A DNA stretch of 64,000 nucleotides from Candidatus Vogelbacteria bacterium. GTDB taxonomy: Bacteria > Patescibacteriota > Minisyncoccia > Phycocordibacterales > JACRKE01. This document shows, in pieces, positions 35,997 through 45,641 of the stretch (the stretch's first letter is position 1; every line of letters begins with the position of its first letter). Where the stretch lies: contig JACRKE010000037.1 in assembly GCA_016215335.1 (NCBI GenBank), positions 2,924 through 66,923 of the forward strand, given 5' to 3'. The position numbers and the translations under genes are program-made. The notes under the pieces were generated by a model that worked only from the letters and a program-made list of their open reading frames with translations, made no database searches and was not told the origin of the DNA.

Positions 35997-36287
35997 ATGG
36001 AAGACATAAAACAATTAGAACAAAGTACGGATATATTTAAAAAATACGGCGCTAAATACGCCGCTCTTTTCGGTTCTCGCGCTCGGGGAGAGGCGGGGCC
36101 CGACAGTGATTTCGATATTTTGGTAAAACTAGAAAAACCAATAGGGCTGTTCTCATTTTCAAATTTCCAATTGGAACTTGAAGATAGACTTAAACGAAAA
36201 GTAGACCTAGTTTCAGAGGGAGGGTTGAATTCTAAAATTCGCGAATTTGTTATGCGCGACCTTAAAATTTTTTATGGACACAGATAA
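35997..36287 (+). CDS. MntA-like minimal nucleotidyltransferase antitoxin
   Basis: LFGSRARGEAGPDSDFDILV (GS-x10-DxD), RKVDLVS. Confidence 0.9.
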   Translation: MEDIKQLEQSTDIFKKYGAKYAALFGSRARGEAGPDSDFDILVKLEKPIGLFSFSNFQLELEDRLKRKVDLVSEGGLNSKIREFVMRDLKIFYGHR

Positions 36288-36612
36288 AGTTTACATCGAA
36301 CATATCATTGAGGCCATTGATGCGATACGGGATTATTCGAAGGATTTAACTCGTGACACGCTGAAGGACGCTGAACACCGAATGGCAAAAGACGCAATCG
36401 TTAGAGAGTTAGAAATAATAGGTGAAGCCTCTAAAAACCTGTCTGATGAATTTAAAGAAAAAGAGGAGGGAACCCCATGGCGAGCAGTTGTTGCCATGAG
36501 AAACAACTTAATCCACGAATATTTTGGGATTGACCTTGAAGACGTGTGGGACACAGTCCAGAACGATTTGCCGAAGCTCAAAATCTCACTCAAAAAATAT
36601 CTCGTTAATTAG
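36274..36612 (+). CDS. HepT-like HEPN (DUF86) RNase toxin
   Basis: DAIVRELEIIGEA, PWRAVVAMRNNLIHEYFGID (R-x4-H-x-Y); overlaps the MNT gene. Confidence 0.9.
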   Translation: MDTDKVYIEHIIEAIDAIRDYSKDLTRDTLKDAEHRMAKDAIVRELEIIGEASKNLSDEFKEKEEGTPWRAVVAMRNNLIHEYFGIDLEDVWDTVQNDLPKLKISLKKYLVN

Positions 36613-36627
36613 ACGCTACGCTTGGCG

Positions 36628-36675
36628 TTGAATCTTGAAGCTAGAATAGTGCATTATTCCAGTATCTAGTTTCTA
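36628..36675. repeat. Heptamer element with conserved core (copy 3 of 3)
   Basis: ttgaatc ttgaagc tagaatagtgcattattccag tatctag tttcta; final CTA is the yidC stop. Confidence 0.8.
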
Positions 36676-37428
36676 TTCTCCAACTTCCTGTTTCCCGTCT
36701 ACACTTAACTTCTCCGCCTTCTTCTTGACGTAAAGTTCATGGGCTACTCCGACCGCACTATTAACTACCCAATATATTGAGACTGCAGCAGGTAATGTCA
36801 TCCCTATAAAGGTAATCATGACCGGAAGGAAATACACCATTTGAGTTTGCATGCTCTTCTGAAAGCTGCCGGAAAAACTCGCCGGTCCAGCTTCGACCAC
36901 CTTACTTTTGTCTAGCTTAGGGATAGAGAGCTTGGCTTGGAAAAACTGCGCGACGCCTGCGAGAATGGCAATTACAATGCTTGATTTTGTAACATCGACA
37001 AACCCAAGGAACATAAGGTTGAGCGAAGGGGGGAATGGAGTAAAAGAGTAAAGTTCGGCGGGAACAATCGCGAGGCCCTGAACAACCCAAAACAGTGCGT
37101 AAATAATTGGAATCTGGATAATCAGCGCGCCAAAGCCAGAAAATGGATTGATCCCGTGTTCCTTATAGAGCGCCATAATTTTCGCCCCTTGTTCTTGTGT
37201 GTTTCCTTTGTGTTTTACACGGATTGCCTCTATCTCCGGTTCTATCTCTTTCATTCTTCGCTGTGATTTCACGGACTTGTGCATAAGAGGGAGAGTAACA
37301 AGCCTGATTACAACTGTAACGATTATTATGGCCACACCTACGTCATTCGTGGGAAGAACTGCCGCTAGCCCGACCAAAAGGTTGTAGATAGGCTGGTAGA
37401 AAATTGTGTGAAATAGGAATGAGAACAT
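36673..37428 (-). CDS. yidC: Membrane protein insertase YidC
   Basis: GVAIIIVTVVIRL, LYKEHGINPFSG..IQIPI, SIYWVVN; follows rnpA. Confidence 0.93.
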   Translation of the reverse strand: MFSFLFHTIFYQPIYNLLVGLAAVLPTNDVGVAIIIVTVVIRLVTLPLMHKSVKSQRRMKEIEPEIEAIRVKHKGNTQEQGAKIMALYKEHGINPFSGFGALIIQIPIIYALFWVVQGLAIVPAELYSFTPFPPSLNLMFLGFVDVTKSSIVIAILAGVAQFFQAKLSIPKLDKSKVVEAGPASFSGSFQKSMQTQMVYFLPVMITFIGMTLPAAVSIYWVVNSAVGVAHELYVKKKAEKLSVDGKQEVGE

Positions 37429-37436
37429 GAGCTAAT

Positions 37437-37494
37437 TAGTATATAGTAAGACCAATCAGTATATAGTATATAGTATATAGTATATAGTATATAG
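37437..37494. repeat. (TAGTATA)n heptamer array upstream of the yidC start
   Basis: tagtata tagtaag .. cagtata (tagtata)x4 tag. Confidence 0.85.
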
Positions 37495-37508
37495 GGGAGA
37501 AAATTCTT

Positions 37509-37865
37509 CTACGGTAAACCAAGTTTTGTGAGCACTCCCTCAATGTCTCGCTTAAGTTCGTCAAAGGTAGCCAAGACGGCGGGTTTTTTGAATATAAACA
37601 TAATGGTATGGCCGTCTTTCAGGTTCGGTAAAAGTCTGGCTACAATCGCACGGGCGCGACGTTTAATAAGATTTCGTCCCACCGCTGTCTTTTCTACAGA
37701 ACTACTGACAACAAAAGCGAACTTGCTTCCTTCGTTTTCTGTCTTCGTACTCTTGACCAAGAAGAGGGGGGAGTGAGTAGTTTGAAAAACTTTTTTCTTC
37801 GCCGGATCAGAACTAAAAAAAACATCGAGCTCATTCCTTCCCGCCCGATTAACCTTTGGTAACAT
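37509..37865 (-). CDS. rnpA: Ribonuclease P protein component
   Basis: MLPKVNR, FAFVVSS..KTAVGRNLIKRR; rpmH-rnpA-yidC synteny. Confidence 0.9.
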   Translation of the reverse strand: MLPKVNRAGRNELDVFFSSDPAKKKVFQTTHSPLFLVKSTKTENEGSKFAFVVSSSVEKTAVGRNLIKRRARAIVARLLPNLKDGHTIMFIFKKPAVLATFDELKRDIEGVLTKLGLP

Positions 37866-37877
37866 AAAAGCGCTGTT

Positions 37878-38012
37878 CTAAACGGCTAATTTTTTGCGGC
37901 CCTTGCGTCTCCTTCGAAGGAGTGTCGCGCGTCCGGCTGCAGTTTTTTGACGCTCGAGAAAACCGTGTGTTGTTTTTCGTTTTTTTCGCTTCGGATTGTA
38001 TGTAAACGACAT
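37878..38012 (-). CDS. rpmH: 50S ribosomal protein L34 (not in the ORF track)
   Basis: Translated by hand: [44 protein letters not shown]. Confidence 0.95.
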   Translation of the reverse strand: MSFTYNPKRKKRKTTHGFLERQKTAAGRATLLRRRRKGRKKLAV

Positions 38013-38082
38013 AAAGTTAGTGTATACTATTTGCACTCTGAAGACAAATAGTTTTTATTTCAAAAGTTTTTCGTAAAAAAAG

Positions 38083-38134
38083 TTAGACACAGGCAATCCA
38101 CAGACTTATGCACACATTTAGGTAGTTTTCCACA
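38083..38134. promoter_or_regulatory. DnaA-box cluster upstream of dnaA
   Basis: ttagacaca, caatccaca, ttatgcaca, ttttccaca versus consensus TTATCCACA. Confidence 0.75.
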
Positions 38135-38175
38135 GGGGATAGAGGAGTATACTAAGAAAATTCTAACCATAAACT

Positions 38176-39549
38176 ATGCTAGAAAATAAAAAACTTTGGG
38201 ATGACGTGATTTCACAGATAGAGCTCGGAATTTCAAAGGCGAACTTTAGCACTTGGTTTAAAAACACTTATATTTCAAAGCAGGAAGATGGCATGGTGTT
38301 CCTCTCAGTGCCAAACGACTTTGTTAAAGAGTGGATTTGCAACAAATACCACAAATTTATTCTAAAGATTCTAAGGGATACCAACCCCGGTATACGCGGC
38401 GTCGAATATATAATTCACAAAGAGGACGGTTCGGCGAAACGAGTTGATATGGACGCTGAGGCAGCAGAAAATATCTTCGCCAATCAGCTCAAAATGCAAG
38501 AGATCTATATAAACAAGGAGGACAACCTGAATCCTCGCTACACTTTCGACACCTTAATCATTGGATCATTTAACGAATTGGCTCACGCGGCGGCACAAAG
38601 CGTAGTGCGCAAACCGGGCATGTCTTACAATCCCCTATTTATATACGGAGGAACGGGTCTTGGCAAAACTCATCTCATCCAGTCGATCGGAAATGAGATC
38701 AAGAAGGCTGATCCATCCAAAAAAATCTTCTACATGGGTGCCGAGAAATACGCCGTTGATCTCGTTAATTCCATAAACACAAACAAAATGCATGTGTTCA
38801 AAGACAAATACAAAAGATACGACGTCCTAATTCTCGACGATATTCAGTTCATAGCAGGCAAGGAGCGCACCCAAGAAGAGTTTTTCCATCTGTTCAACAG
38901 TTACCACGACAACAACAAACAGATTGTATTCTCCTCCGATAAACCCCCAAAGCATATAAACGAACTCGAAGAGAGACTTCGCTCAAGGTTTGAGGGTGGG
39001 ATGATTGTAGACATTTCAAGGCCGGAATTCGAGGCAAGACTCGCAATATTGAATGCCAAATTAAAACAAGTTGGGGTTTCGCTTGCCGACGAAGTGGTGC
39101 ACTATGTAGCAACATCCATCCAAGACAGCATACGTGAACTTGAAGGCTCGCTTAACTCGATTGTCTGCCAATCACAACTCAAAAAACGGCCACTGACCTT
39201 AAACGAAGTCAAAACATTAATAAAAAACAATGTTAAACCCCAAAGAACCATCTCAACAAAGGATGTAATTCAGACGGTCGCTGGCTTTTACAATATCGAG
39301 GAGAAAATTCTTTATGAAAAGAGCCGGCGGAAGGAGGTTGTAAAGCCGAGGCAAATTGTTATGTATATTTTACGAGAGGATTTCAACACCTCCTATCCAT
39401 ATATCGGCCAAAAGCTGGGCGGACGCGACCACACTACGGTCATGCATGCATACGAGAAGATCAAGCGTGAGTTAAAGACAGATAGATTACTCGAGCAAGA
39501 AATGGAACAGATAAAAAATATGCTCTACAACGAATACAGTACGGTATGA
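38176..39549 (+). CDS. dnaA: Chromosomal replication initiator DnaA
   Basis: YNPLFIYGGTGLGKTHL, LDDIQF, QEEFFHLFN, RLRSRFEGG, GGRDHTTVMHA. Confidence 0.98.
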   Translation: MLENKKLWDDVISQIELGISKANFSTWFKNTYISKQEDGMVFLSVPNDFVKEWICNKYHKFILKILRDTNPGIRGVEYIIHKEDGSAKRVDMDAEAAENIFANQLKMQEIYINKEDNLNPRYTFDTLIIGSFNELAHAAAQSVVRKPGMSYNPLFIYGGTGLGKTHLIQSIGNEIKKADPSKKIFYMGAEKYAVDLVNSINTNKMHVFKDKYKRYDVLILDDIQFIAGKERTQEEFFHLFNSYHDNNKQIVFSSDKPPKHINELEERLRSRFEGGMIVDISRPEFEARLAILNAKLKQVGVSLADEVVHYVATSIQDSIRELEGSLNSIVCQSQLKKRPLTLNEVKTLIKNNVKPQRTISTKDVIQTVAGFYNIEEKILYEKSRRKEVVKPRQIVMYILREDFNTSYPYIGQKLGGRDHTTVMHAYEKIKRELKTDRLLEQEMEQIKNMLYNEYSTV

Positions 39550-39857
39550 ACAGTATAAGTGTATAGTATAAATGCGTATACCTGTGGAAAAGATGTTAGT
39601 AGCACATCGAAATGTGAGGAAAAATCACTGGAGTAACGGGGGAGACGAAGACGGACGAGTGGGATAAAAATTACAGGTGGAATGCGACTGGGGATACAGT
39701 CTTTATAAATAGAGGTTTTATGAATAAGTTATACACATTGGTGATTAGAGAAAGAACGGCTATATATAAAGGTAGAACAAACTAAGTGAAGTGGTTATCA
39801 ACTTATCAACAACTTTAATAATAACAGTAAGCTAATTATTTAAATAGTACAGACACT
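39550..39857. other. oriC (dnaA-dnaN intergenic unwinding region)
   Basis: tgtggaaaa 39583, ttatacaca 39729, ttatcaaca 39803 followed by trio-like taa-taa-taa-cag-taa and an AT-rich tract. Confidence 0.75.
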
Positions 39858-40973
39858 ATGAAAGTCGAATGCCTAAAAGAAAAACTGAGGACGGCTGCCA
39901 CAAACGCGGAAAGAGTAACCGGCAAGAATTTAGCGTTGCCGATTCTCGGTTCAATTCTTATTGAGGCCAAAGAAAAGACTCTCCTGATCCGTGCCACAAA
40001 TCTTGAGGTGGGAGTTGAATTTGAAATACCTTCAAAAATTTTAGAGAAAGGCAAAGTGGCTGTTTCGGGCTCACTCCTTAATAGTTTTCTTGGGCTGGTT
40101 GGTGACGGTGATGTTATCAAGATTGAGACCGTGAACGAAAACATGGTTCTTACAACCAGATCAAGCTCGTCCATGATTAAGTGTTTACCCTCTGATGACT
40201 TTCCAACTATTCCAAAGCTTGGCGACTCTAATGTCCTAGAATTGGACGCCGTAAAATTGGTAAACGGTCTCCGGTCGGTGGCATACGCGGCTTCGCTTTC
40301 AGACATGAAGCCGGAAATTTCGAGCGTCTACTTGTACGGAGAAGAGGACGAAATTGTTTTTGCGGCGACTGACTCGTTTCGCCTTGCCGAAAAAAGAATC
40401 AAACTTAAAAGCAGAGAACAGAAGGGAGATCAAATATCAATTATCATTCCTATTAAAAACGCGCTCGAAATCATACGTGTGCTCGAAGGCTTGAACGACT
40501 CTGTGTCTATCTACTACACAAAGAACCAGGTGTCGTTTTCGTCCGGTACGGGCGGAATCTACATCACTTCGCGACTGGTGAATGGTATATTCCCGAATTA
40601 CGGGCAGATCATTTCCAAGGATAAAAAAAGCGAAGTGGTCGTATCCAAGAAGGAACTGCTTAACGCTTTGAAACTCGCTACGGTTTTTACCGATAAATTC
40701 AATCAAGTGACATTCCGCATAATACCCGGGGAGGCGCTGTTCGAAGTAAGCTCGAGGAACAGTGACACCGGGGAGAACACAACCAAAGTTGAGGCTACTG
40801 TTGAAGGCGAAGATATCACTGTGAATTTCAACAACAAATATATTCTGGATTGTTTCAGCTCTATAGAAGAAAACACCCTTGGAATCGCGTTTAACGGTGC
40901 CCAGAGACCGATGGTGATAAGGGGGGTCGGGGATACATCATTTTTCTATCTTGTAATGCCTCTGAACCGATAG
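39858..40973 (+). CDS. dnaN: DNA polymerase III beta clamp
   Basis: LPILGSILI, ATNLE, ATDSFRLAE, SRLVNGIFPNY, YLVMPL. Confidence 0.97.
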   Translation: MKVECLKEKLRTAATNAERVTGKNLALPILGSILIEAKEKTLLIRATNLEVGVEFEIPSKILEKGKVAVSGSLLNSFLGLVGDGDVIKIETVNENMVLTTRSSSSMIKCLPSDDFPTIPKLGDSNVLELDAVKLVNGLRSVAYAASLSDMKPEISSVYLYGEEDEIVFAATDSFRLAEKRIKLKSREQKGDQISIIIPIKNALEIIRVLEGLNDSVSIYYTKNQVSFSSGTGGIYITSRLVNGIFPNYGQIISKDKKSEVVVSKKELLNALKLATVFTDKFNQVTFRIIPGEALFEVSSRNSDTGENTTKVEATVEGEDITVNFNNKYILDCFSSIEENTLGIAFNGAQRPMVIRGVGDTSFFYLVMPLNR

Positions 40974-40979
40974 TAAGCA

Positions 40980-41237
40980 ATGCTAAAGATTGCAGATTTA
41001 ATAAATAGATACACTAAACTTACGGTTCCTGATGGAATTTTACGCGCGAAAGTTTCAGAACTCATTATGCGGGAAATAGGTTTTGATATCCCCGTAGACA
41101 AAATAACAGTTAGAAGAAAAATTGCATTTGTAAATTGCTCACCAGCCATAAAATGTGAATTACAGATTAGAAAAGAGAAGATTCTCTCTAGTCTTATGGA
41201 CGAGTTAGGTAAAGATGCCCCGATAGACATCTCGTGA
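40980..41237 (+). CDS. Small protein, possibly DciA/DUF721-like
   Basis: 85 aa directly after dnaN; ITVRRKIAFVNCSPAIKCELQIRKEKIL pattern. Confidence 0.5.
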   Translation: MLKIADLINRYTKLTVPDGILRAKVSELIMREIGFDIPVDKITVRRKIAFVNCSPAIKCELQIRKEKILSSLMDELGKDAPIDIS

Positions 41238-41267
41238 TTCACTTGGAAGCTCGGCTTCCAAGTGAAT
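41237..41267. repeat. REP palindrome (RAYT family) between convergent genes
   Basis: attc-ACTTGGAAGC-TCG-GCTTCCAAGT-gaat. Confidence 0.85.
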
Positions 41268-43891
41268 TAATTCAAGGAAATAATTATCGCCTGAGTTGCT
41301 TCACCTTTATTCCCGATAGAATCTGTAACTACTGCTTTCAAAACATTGTTGGAGCCAATGAGACCGATGTCTTGCGGTACAAAAGTGAAACTGTACGGTT
41401 TTATGGTGCTTGATCCTATGTAGATGTTATTGAAATAAAATGAAGCTTGTGTGGTGGGGTACTGGCTCGTGGCCGTTACACTAATCGCTATTCGATCGTA
41501 TGTCCTAAACACGCTCGAAGTTCCTGGAAGATCGAATACAACTGTGGGTCTAGTTGATCTTGAGTGCGAAGTATCTACTGTGGTTGGTATCACAGAGCTG
41601 TCGCTATCAACGTATCCTTGTGCCGCAGCCCAAATTCTTACCGGTGTTTCCCATAGATTAAATTGCGGGTCGTTGCCCGGGTTTGAGGGTTTCGGTCCTA
41701 GCGGGTCATTTTTGTTTACCCAATATAAAATGGAGTGTACGCTTGGCACTACTCTAGGCTCTCTATAATCCTCGGGAGTTTCGGCTGTAGCAAGAGCTCC
41801 TGAAACCTTGTCTATTACATATTCTTGGCCGCCTTGCCATACTCCCCTTAGCACAGGTTTGATGTTTGTCGGAGTGGGTTCCGGTTTAGGAAAAGTTTCT
41901 TTGGGAAGAGAAGGCAGTAAATCTTGCATGAGAGAATTCCAGACAGGGGCCACCACCATTCCCGCCACTTTTTTGTCGATCGGCTTGTTGTCATTGTTTC
42001 CTGCCCAGATACCCACTGCTATATTCGGTGTATATCCCATAATCCAAACGTCTCTGTAATTATTGGTGGTTCCAGTCTTTGCAGCTACTGGTCGGTCGGG
42101 TATATAGAGTAGGGAATTGCTTCCAAACGCCGGAGTACGCGCTTCGTTGTCTGTTAAAATGTCTGTGATCTGTCGTGCTACCTGTTCAGAAATTGCCCTT
42201 TCCGGTTCTGATTGCCACTGCTCAAGAGTATTACCGTCTCTATCTTCTACCTTTATTATACTTGCCTCAGGATTTCTCATTCCATCGTTTGCAAACACAC
42301 TGTAGGCTTCTGTGAGATCAAGTAGTGACACTTCGCCTCCTCCAAGTACCAGCGTGAGGCCGTATCTAGCTGGGTCATCTAATCCGCGTATCCCCATTTT
42401 CTTTGCTGTCGCTATCGAATCTTTTATCCCGGCGAGGTATAGGGCCTTGATGGCGGGAACGTTTACTGACTGGGCGAGTGCATTCCTTATCGTCATTGGA
42501 CCTGTGTATTTGAGGTCATAGTTTTCAGGAGAGTAACATCTACTAGGGTTTGTGTTGCCTATTGGCCTCGAATCGTAAGTGCAGTTTGCGTTGAATTCGG
42601 TCCTTAAGTTAAAGAGAATGGTGTCTGGGGTGTAACCCTTGGCGAATGCCGTGGCGTATACGAATGGTTTGAAAGTAGAACCCGGTTGTCTGTGAGCGAT
42701 TGCGACGTTGAAATTTCCCTCGCCACCCTCTTCGAAGTAATCACGTGAGCCGACCATAACCAGTATCTGTCCTGTTTTTGGATCGACACCGACGATGCTC
42801 ATATTTTTTGCGTTGAATTTGGCCTCAAGTTCCGGTCCGAATTTGCGTGCGTTAGCTTCGGCTTTCTGTTGCATCTCCCAATCAAGCGAGGTGGTAACTT
42901 TAAGTCCGCCGTTGTCTACAACATCTTTGCCGTACTTTTCTTCAAGATACATTTTCACATACATTACAAAATGCGGGGCTTTAATTTTTCGGTTTGCAAC
43001 CGGTGCAAACTGGACATCTTCCGCTTTAGCCTGTTCTTCTTCGTCTTTAGTGATAAAACCAAGCTCTTTCATTCTACGCAATACTGTTTTCTGCCTGTTC
43101 CGGAGTGCATCTATGTGAGTACCATAGGGTGAATAGTAACTTGGGGCTTGCGGCATGGCGGCCAGATATGCTGCTTCAGCTATAGTTACGTCGTTCGCGT
43201 TTTTGCCGAAATAAGCGAGACTGGCCTCCTCAACGCCATATAAGCTTCCACCATACGGACTTTCGTTTAAATAAAGTGCGAGAATCTGGTCTTTGCCGAT
43301 AACACGCTCGAGTTTTATGGCGAGAATCATTTCAACAATTTTTCTGGATACGGACTTTTGTTGAGTGAGGAGCGAGTTTTTTATTACCTGCTGAGTAATA
43401 GTAGAACCGCCTTGGCTGAACCTGCCAGATGTTAAGTTGACCCAAGTGGCGCGGGCTAACGAGAGTGGCTCTATCCCTATGTGATGATAAAAGTTCGAAT
43501 CTTCAATGGCTACAGTCGCGTTTTTTATATTTCTTGAAATCTGGTCACCCGAGACAACTGTTCGTTGTATGTCTTGGTGCGCGTCAAAAAGCAAAATTTT
43601 TCCGGTTTTGTCATAAATCTTCGTCGACTGCGTAATTAAACGTTCATTGAACGAATTAAAGTCTGGGATAGTGAGGGTGGAGACCCATATCATAAACAAG
43701 CCACTCAAAATAAGGATGAACGCAAGCAGGGCGAAAGCGAGTTCTTTCAGATGATGCCGTGTTATTTTCTTTGTTCTGCGCCATAGTCGTTTGGACCAGG
43801 GTACATTATGTGTTGTGTGCGAAACGAAGTCTTTCATAAACTTATTAAAGAATGCTAGCATGATTTTCGGGCTTCTGATAGGTTTGAGCAA
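41267..43891 (-). CDS. Class A penicillin-binding protein (transglycosylase-transpeptidase, C-terminal Ig-like domain)
   Basis: AIEDSNFY, QGGSTITQQ, RQPGSTFKPF, SVN, KTGTT; start may be a downstream Met. Confidence 0.95.
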   Translation of the reverse strand: MLKPIRSPKIMLAFFNKFMKDFVSHTTHNVPWSKRLWRRTKKITRHHLKELAFALLAFILILSGLFMIWVSTLTIPDFNSFNERLITQSTKIYDKTGKILLFDAHQDIQRTVVSGDQISRNIKNATVAIEDSNFYHHIGIEPLSLARATWVNLTSGRFSQGGSTITQQVIKNSLLTQQKSVSRKIVEMILAIKLERVIGKDQILALYLNESPYGGSLYGVEEASLAYFGKNANDVTIAEAAYLAAMPQAPSYYSPYGTHIDALRNRQKTVLRRMKELGFITKDEEEQAKAEDVQFAPVANRKIKAPHFVMYVKMYLEEKYGKDVVDNGGLKVTTSLDWEMQQKAEANARKFGPELEAKFNAKNMSIVGVDPKTGQILVMVGSRDYFEEGGEGNFNVAIAHRQPGSTFKPFVYATAFAKGYTPDTILFNLRTEFNANCTYDSRPIGNTNPSRCYSPENYDLKYTGPMTIRNALAQSVNVPAIKALYLAGIKDSIATAKKMGIRGLDDPARYGLTLVLGGGEVSLLDLTEAYSVFANDGMRNPEASIIKVEDRDGNTLEQWQSEPERAISEQVARQITDILTDNEARTPAFGSNSLLYIPDRPVAAKTGTTNNYRDVWIMGYTPNIAVGIWAGNNDNKPIDKKVAGMVVAPVWNSLMQDLLPSLPKETFPKPEPTPTNIKPVLRGVWQGGQEYVIDKVSGALATAETPEDYREPRVVPSVHSILYWVNKNDPLGPKPSNPGNDPQFNLWETPVRIWAAAQGYVDSDSSVIPTTVDTSHSRSTRPTVVFDLPGTSSVFRTYDRIAISVTATSQYPTTQASFYFNNIYIGSSTIKPYSFTFVPQDIGLIGSNNVLKAVVTDSIGNKGEATQAIIISLN

Positions 43892-44016
43892 GGAAAAACT
43901 TTTGGTTTTAGCGCTTTTCTGCTTTAATTACGATAAGCGAGGAGCGCGTGGAGATGTAATCATCCACACGACGTCCGAGTCGAAATCGGAAAAAGGACTC
44001 GTGAACTTATTGAGAG

Positions 44017-45225
44017 ATGGACGACAAAGAAAAAATTGTAGATGACTTGCTTGCGCGCAGTATTGCGCTTGTTTTGCCATCTAAGGATGAGCTCAAAAAA
44101 GCATTGCTATCTGGGGAAAAATTGAGGATTTATTCCGGCTATGATGCAACTGCTCCAAAACTTCACCTGGGACATAGTACCAATTTTATTTTACTTGAAA
44201 AATTAAGGAGGCTCGGGCATGAGATTGTTGTACTTTTTGGGAACTTCACGGCTCGCATAGGAGACCCGTCTGATAAAACTGCGGCCAGAGTAAGATTAAA
44301 CGAAGAAGAAGTCGAGAAAAATATAGGAACATGGAAAGAGCAAGTTAGCCCCATCCTTAACTTTGATGATAGTGAAAATCCGGCAAGAATTGTAAGGAAT
44401 GCAGATTGGCTTTCTAAACTTACATTCGAAGATGTGATAAATTTGTCTTCCAATTTTACCGTTCAGCAGATGCTCGAGCGCGATATGTTTCAAGCGAGGC
44501 TTAAAGAAGAAAAGCCGATTTACCTACACGAGTTTTTTTATCCCCTTATGCAGGGTTACGATAGCGTACATTTGAATGTAGATGTGGAAATAGGGGGCAC
44601 AGACCAGACGTTCAATATGCTTATGGGGCGGACACTGCAACGTAAATACCACAATAAAGAGAAGTTTGTGATTTCCACAACGCTTCTCACTAATCCCACA
44701 ACTGGCAAAAAATTAATGAGCAAAAGCGAGGGCGGATATATAGCGCTGAATGACAACCCGCGCGACATGTTCGGCAAGACCATGTCGCTTCCCGATGAAA
44801 CAATAATTCAGATGTTTGTGGACTGCACTTTTGTTCCATTGTCAGAAATAGGTGAATTCGAGAAAGCAATGGACTTGGGAAATGTGAATCCTCGCGATCT
44901 TAAAATGAGACTCGCAGAGGAGATAACGCGGATTTATCATGGCGACTCAAAGGCTTGGGCTGCACGAGATGACTTCAATGCCGCTTTCAGAGATAGGGGG
45001 ATACCACAGAATATTCCTGAGTTCTCATGTAATTCAGGCACGCTATTCATAGACATCGCCACGGAAGCAAAGTTGGTTTCTTCACGGAGCGAGTACAAAC
45101 GCCTAGTGGGGGAAGGAGGAGTTAGTTTCGGTGAGGCAAAAATAGATGATTTCGCTACTGTGGTTGGTCGGGATGGAGTTTTCAAAATCGGCAAACACAA
45201 GTTTATTAAAATAGTCCTGAAGTAA
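44017..45225 (+). CDS. tyrS: Tyrosine-tRNA ligase
   Basis: LHLGH, YPLMQGYD, GGTDQTFN, LMSKS, C-terminal S4-like domain. Confidence 0.97.
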   Translation: MDDKEKIVDDLLARSIALVLPSKDELKKALLSGEKLRIYSGYDATAPKLHLGHSTNFILLEKLRRLGHEIVVLFGNFTARIGDPSDKTAARVRLNEEEVEKNIGTWKEQVSPILNFDDSENPARIVRNADWLSKLTFEDVINLSSNFTVQQMLERDMFQARLKEEKPIYLHEFFYPLMQGYDSVHLNVDVEIGGTDQTFNMLMGRTLQRKYHNKEKFVISTTLLTNPTTGKKLMSKSEGGYIALNDNPRDMFGKTMSLPDETIIQMFVDCTFVPLSEIGEFEKAMDLGNVNPRDLKMRLAEEITRIYHGDSKAWAARDDFNAAFRDRGIPQNIPEFSCNSGTLFIDIATEAKLVSSRSEYKRLVGEGGVSFGEAKIDDFATVVGRDGVFKIGKHKFIKIVLK

Positions 45226-45226
45226 T

Positions 45227-45273
45227 TAACCTAAACAAAAATGGCCCAGAGATAGCCATTTTTGTTTAGGTTA
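45227..45273. terminator. Bidirectional terminator
   Basis: taacctaaacaaaaatggc / gccatttttgtttaggtta. Confidence 0.8.
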
Positions 45274-45537
45274 GTCAGATTCTTCGTCGTCTATGTCTTC
45301 TTCAAAATAGTCAGTGGGTTCGTCGTTTCGATCTATGCCGTATTTACCCTTGGGCAGGCCGTCGGCTTCTTCGTCGTCATCGAGGACTTCGTCATCTGGC
45401 AGTTCAACCGGACGCTCAACTGCATCGATGCCACCTTCATCTAACTCAACGGGTTCTGCTGCTGGTTTCACCGAATCAGCCTCCTCGTCACCTGAATTAA
45501 TTTTCTTCTTCTTGTCTTCTTTCTTTGCCATATGCAA
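45271..45537 (-). CDS. Small highly acidic protein with basic N-terminus
   Basis: MAKKEDKKKK then D/E-rich sequence; stop lies in the terminator hairpin. Confidence 0.6.
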   Translation of the reverse strand: MHMAKKEDKKKKINSGDEEADSVKPAAEPVELDEGGIDAVERPVELPDDEVLDDDEEADGLPKGKYGIDRNDEPTDYFEEDIDDEESD

Positions 45538-45641
45538 ATTTGTTTTAACTGCTCTTAATTCGAGGATAATTTCCTCATGTGTAATCTTTTATCAGAACTG
45601 AATATTTTATGCAACTTTAGCAGAAAGAAAATTGTGGAAAA

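Noticed and set aside
32103-36675. Classical integron attC sites
   Set aside because: Cores lack the RYYYAAC...GTTRRRY ends and no IntI is present; kept as a separate non-attC hypothesis
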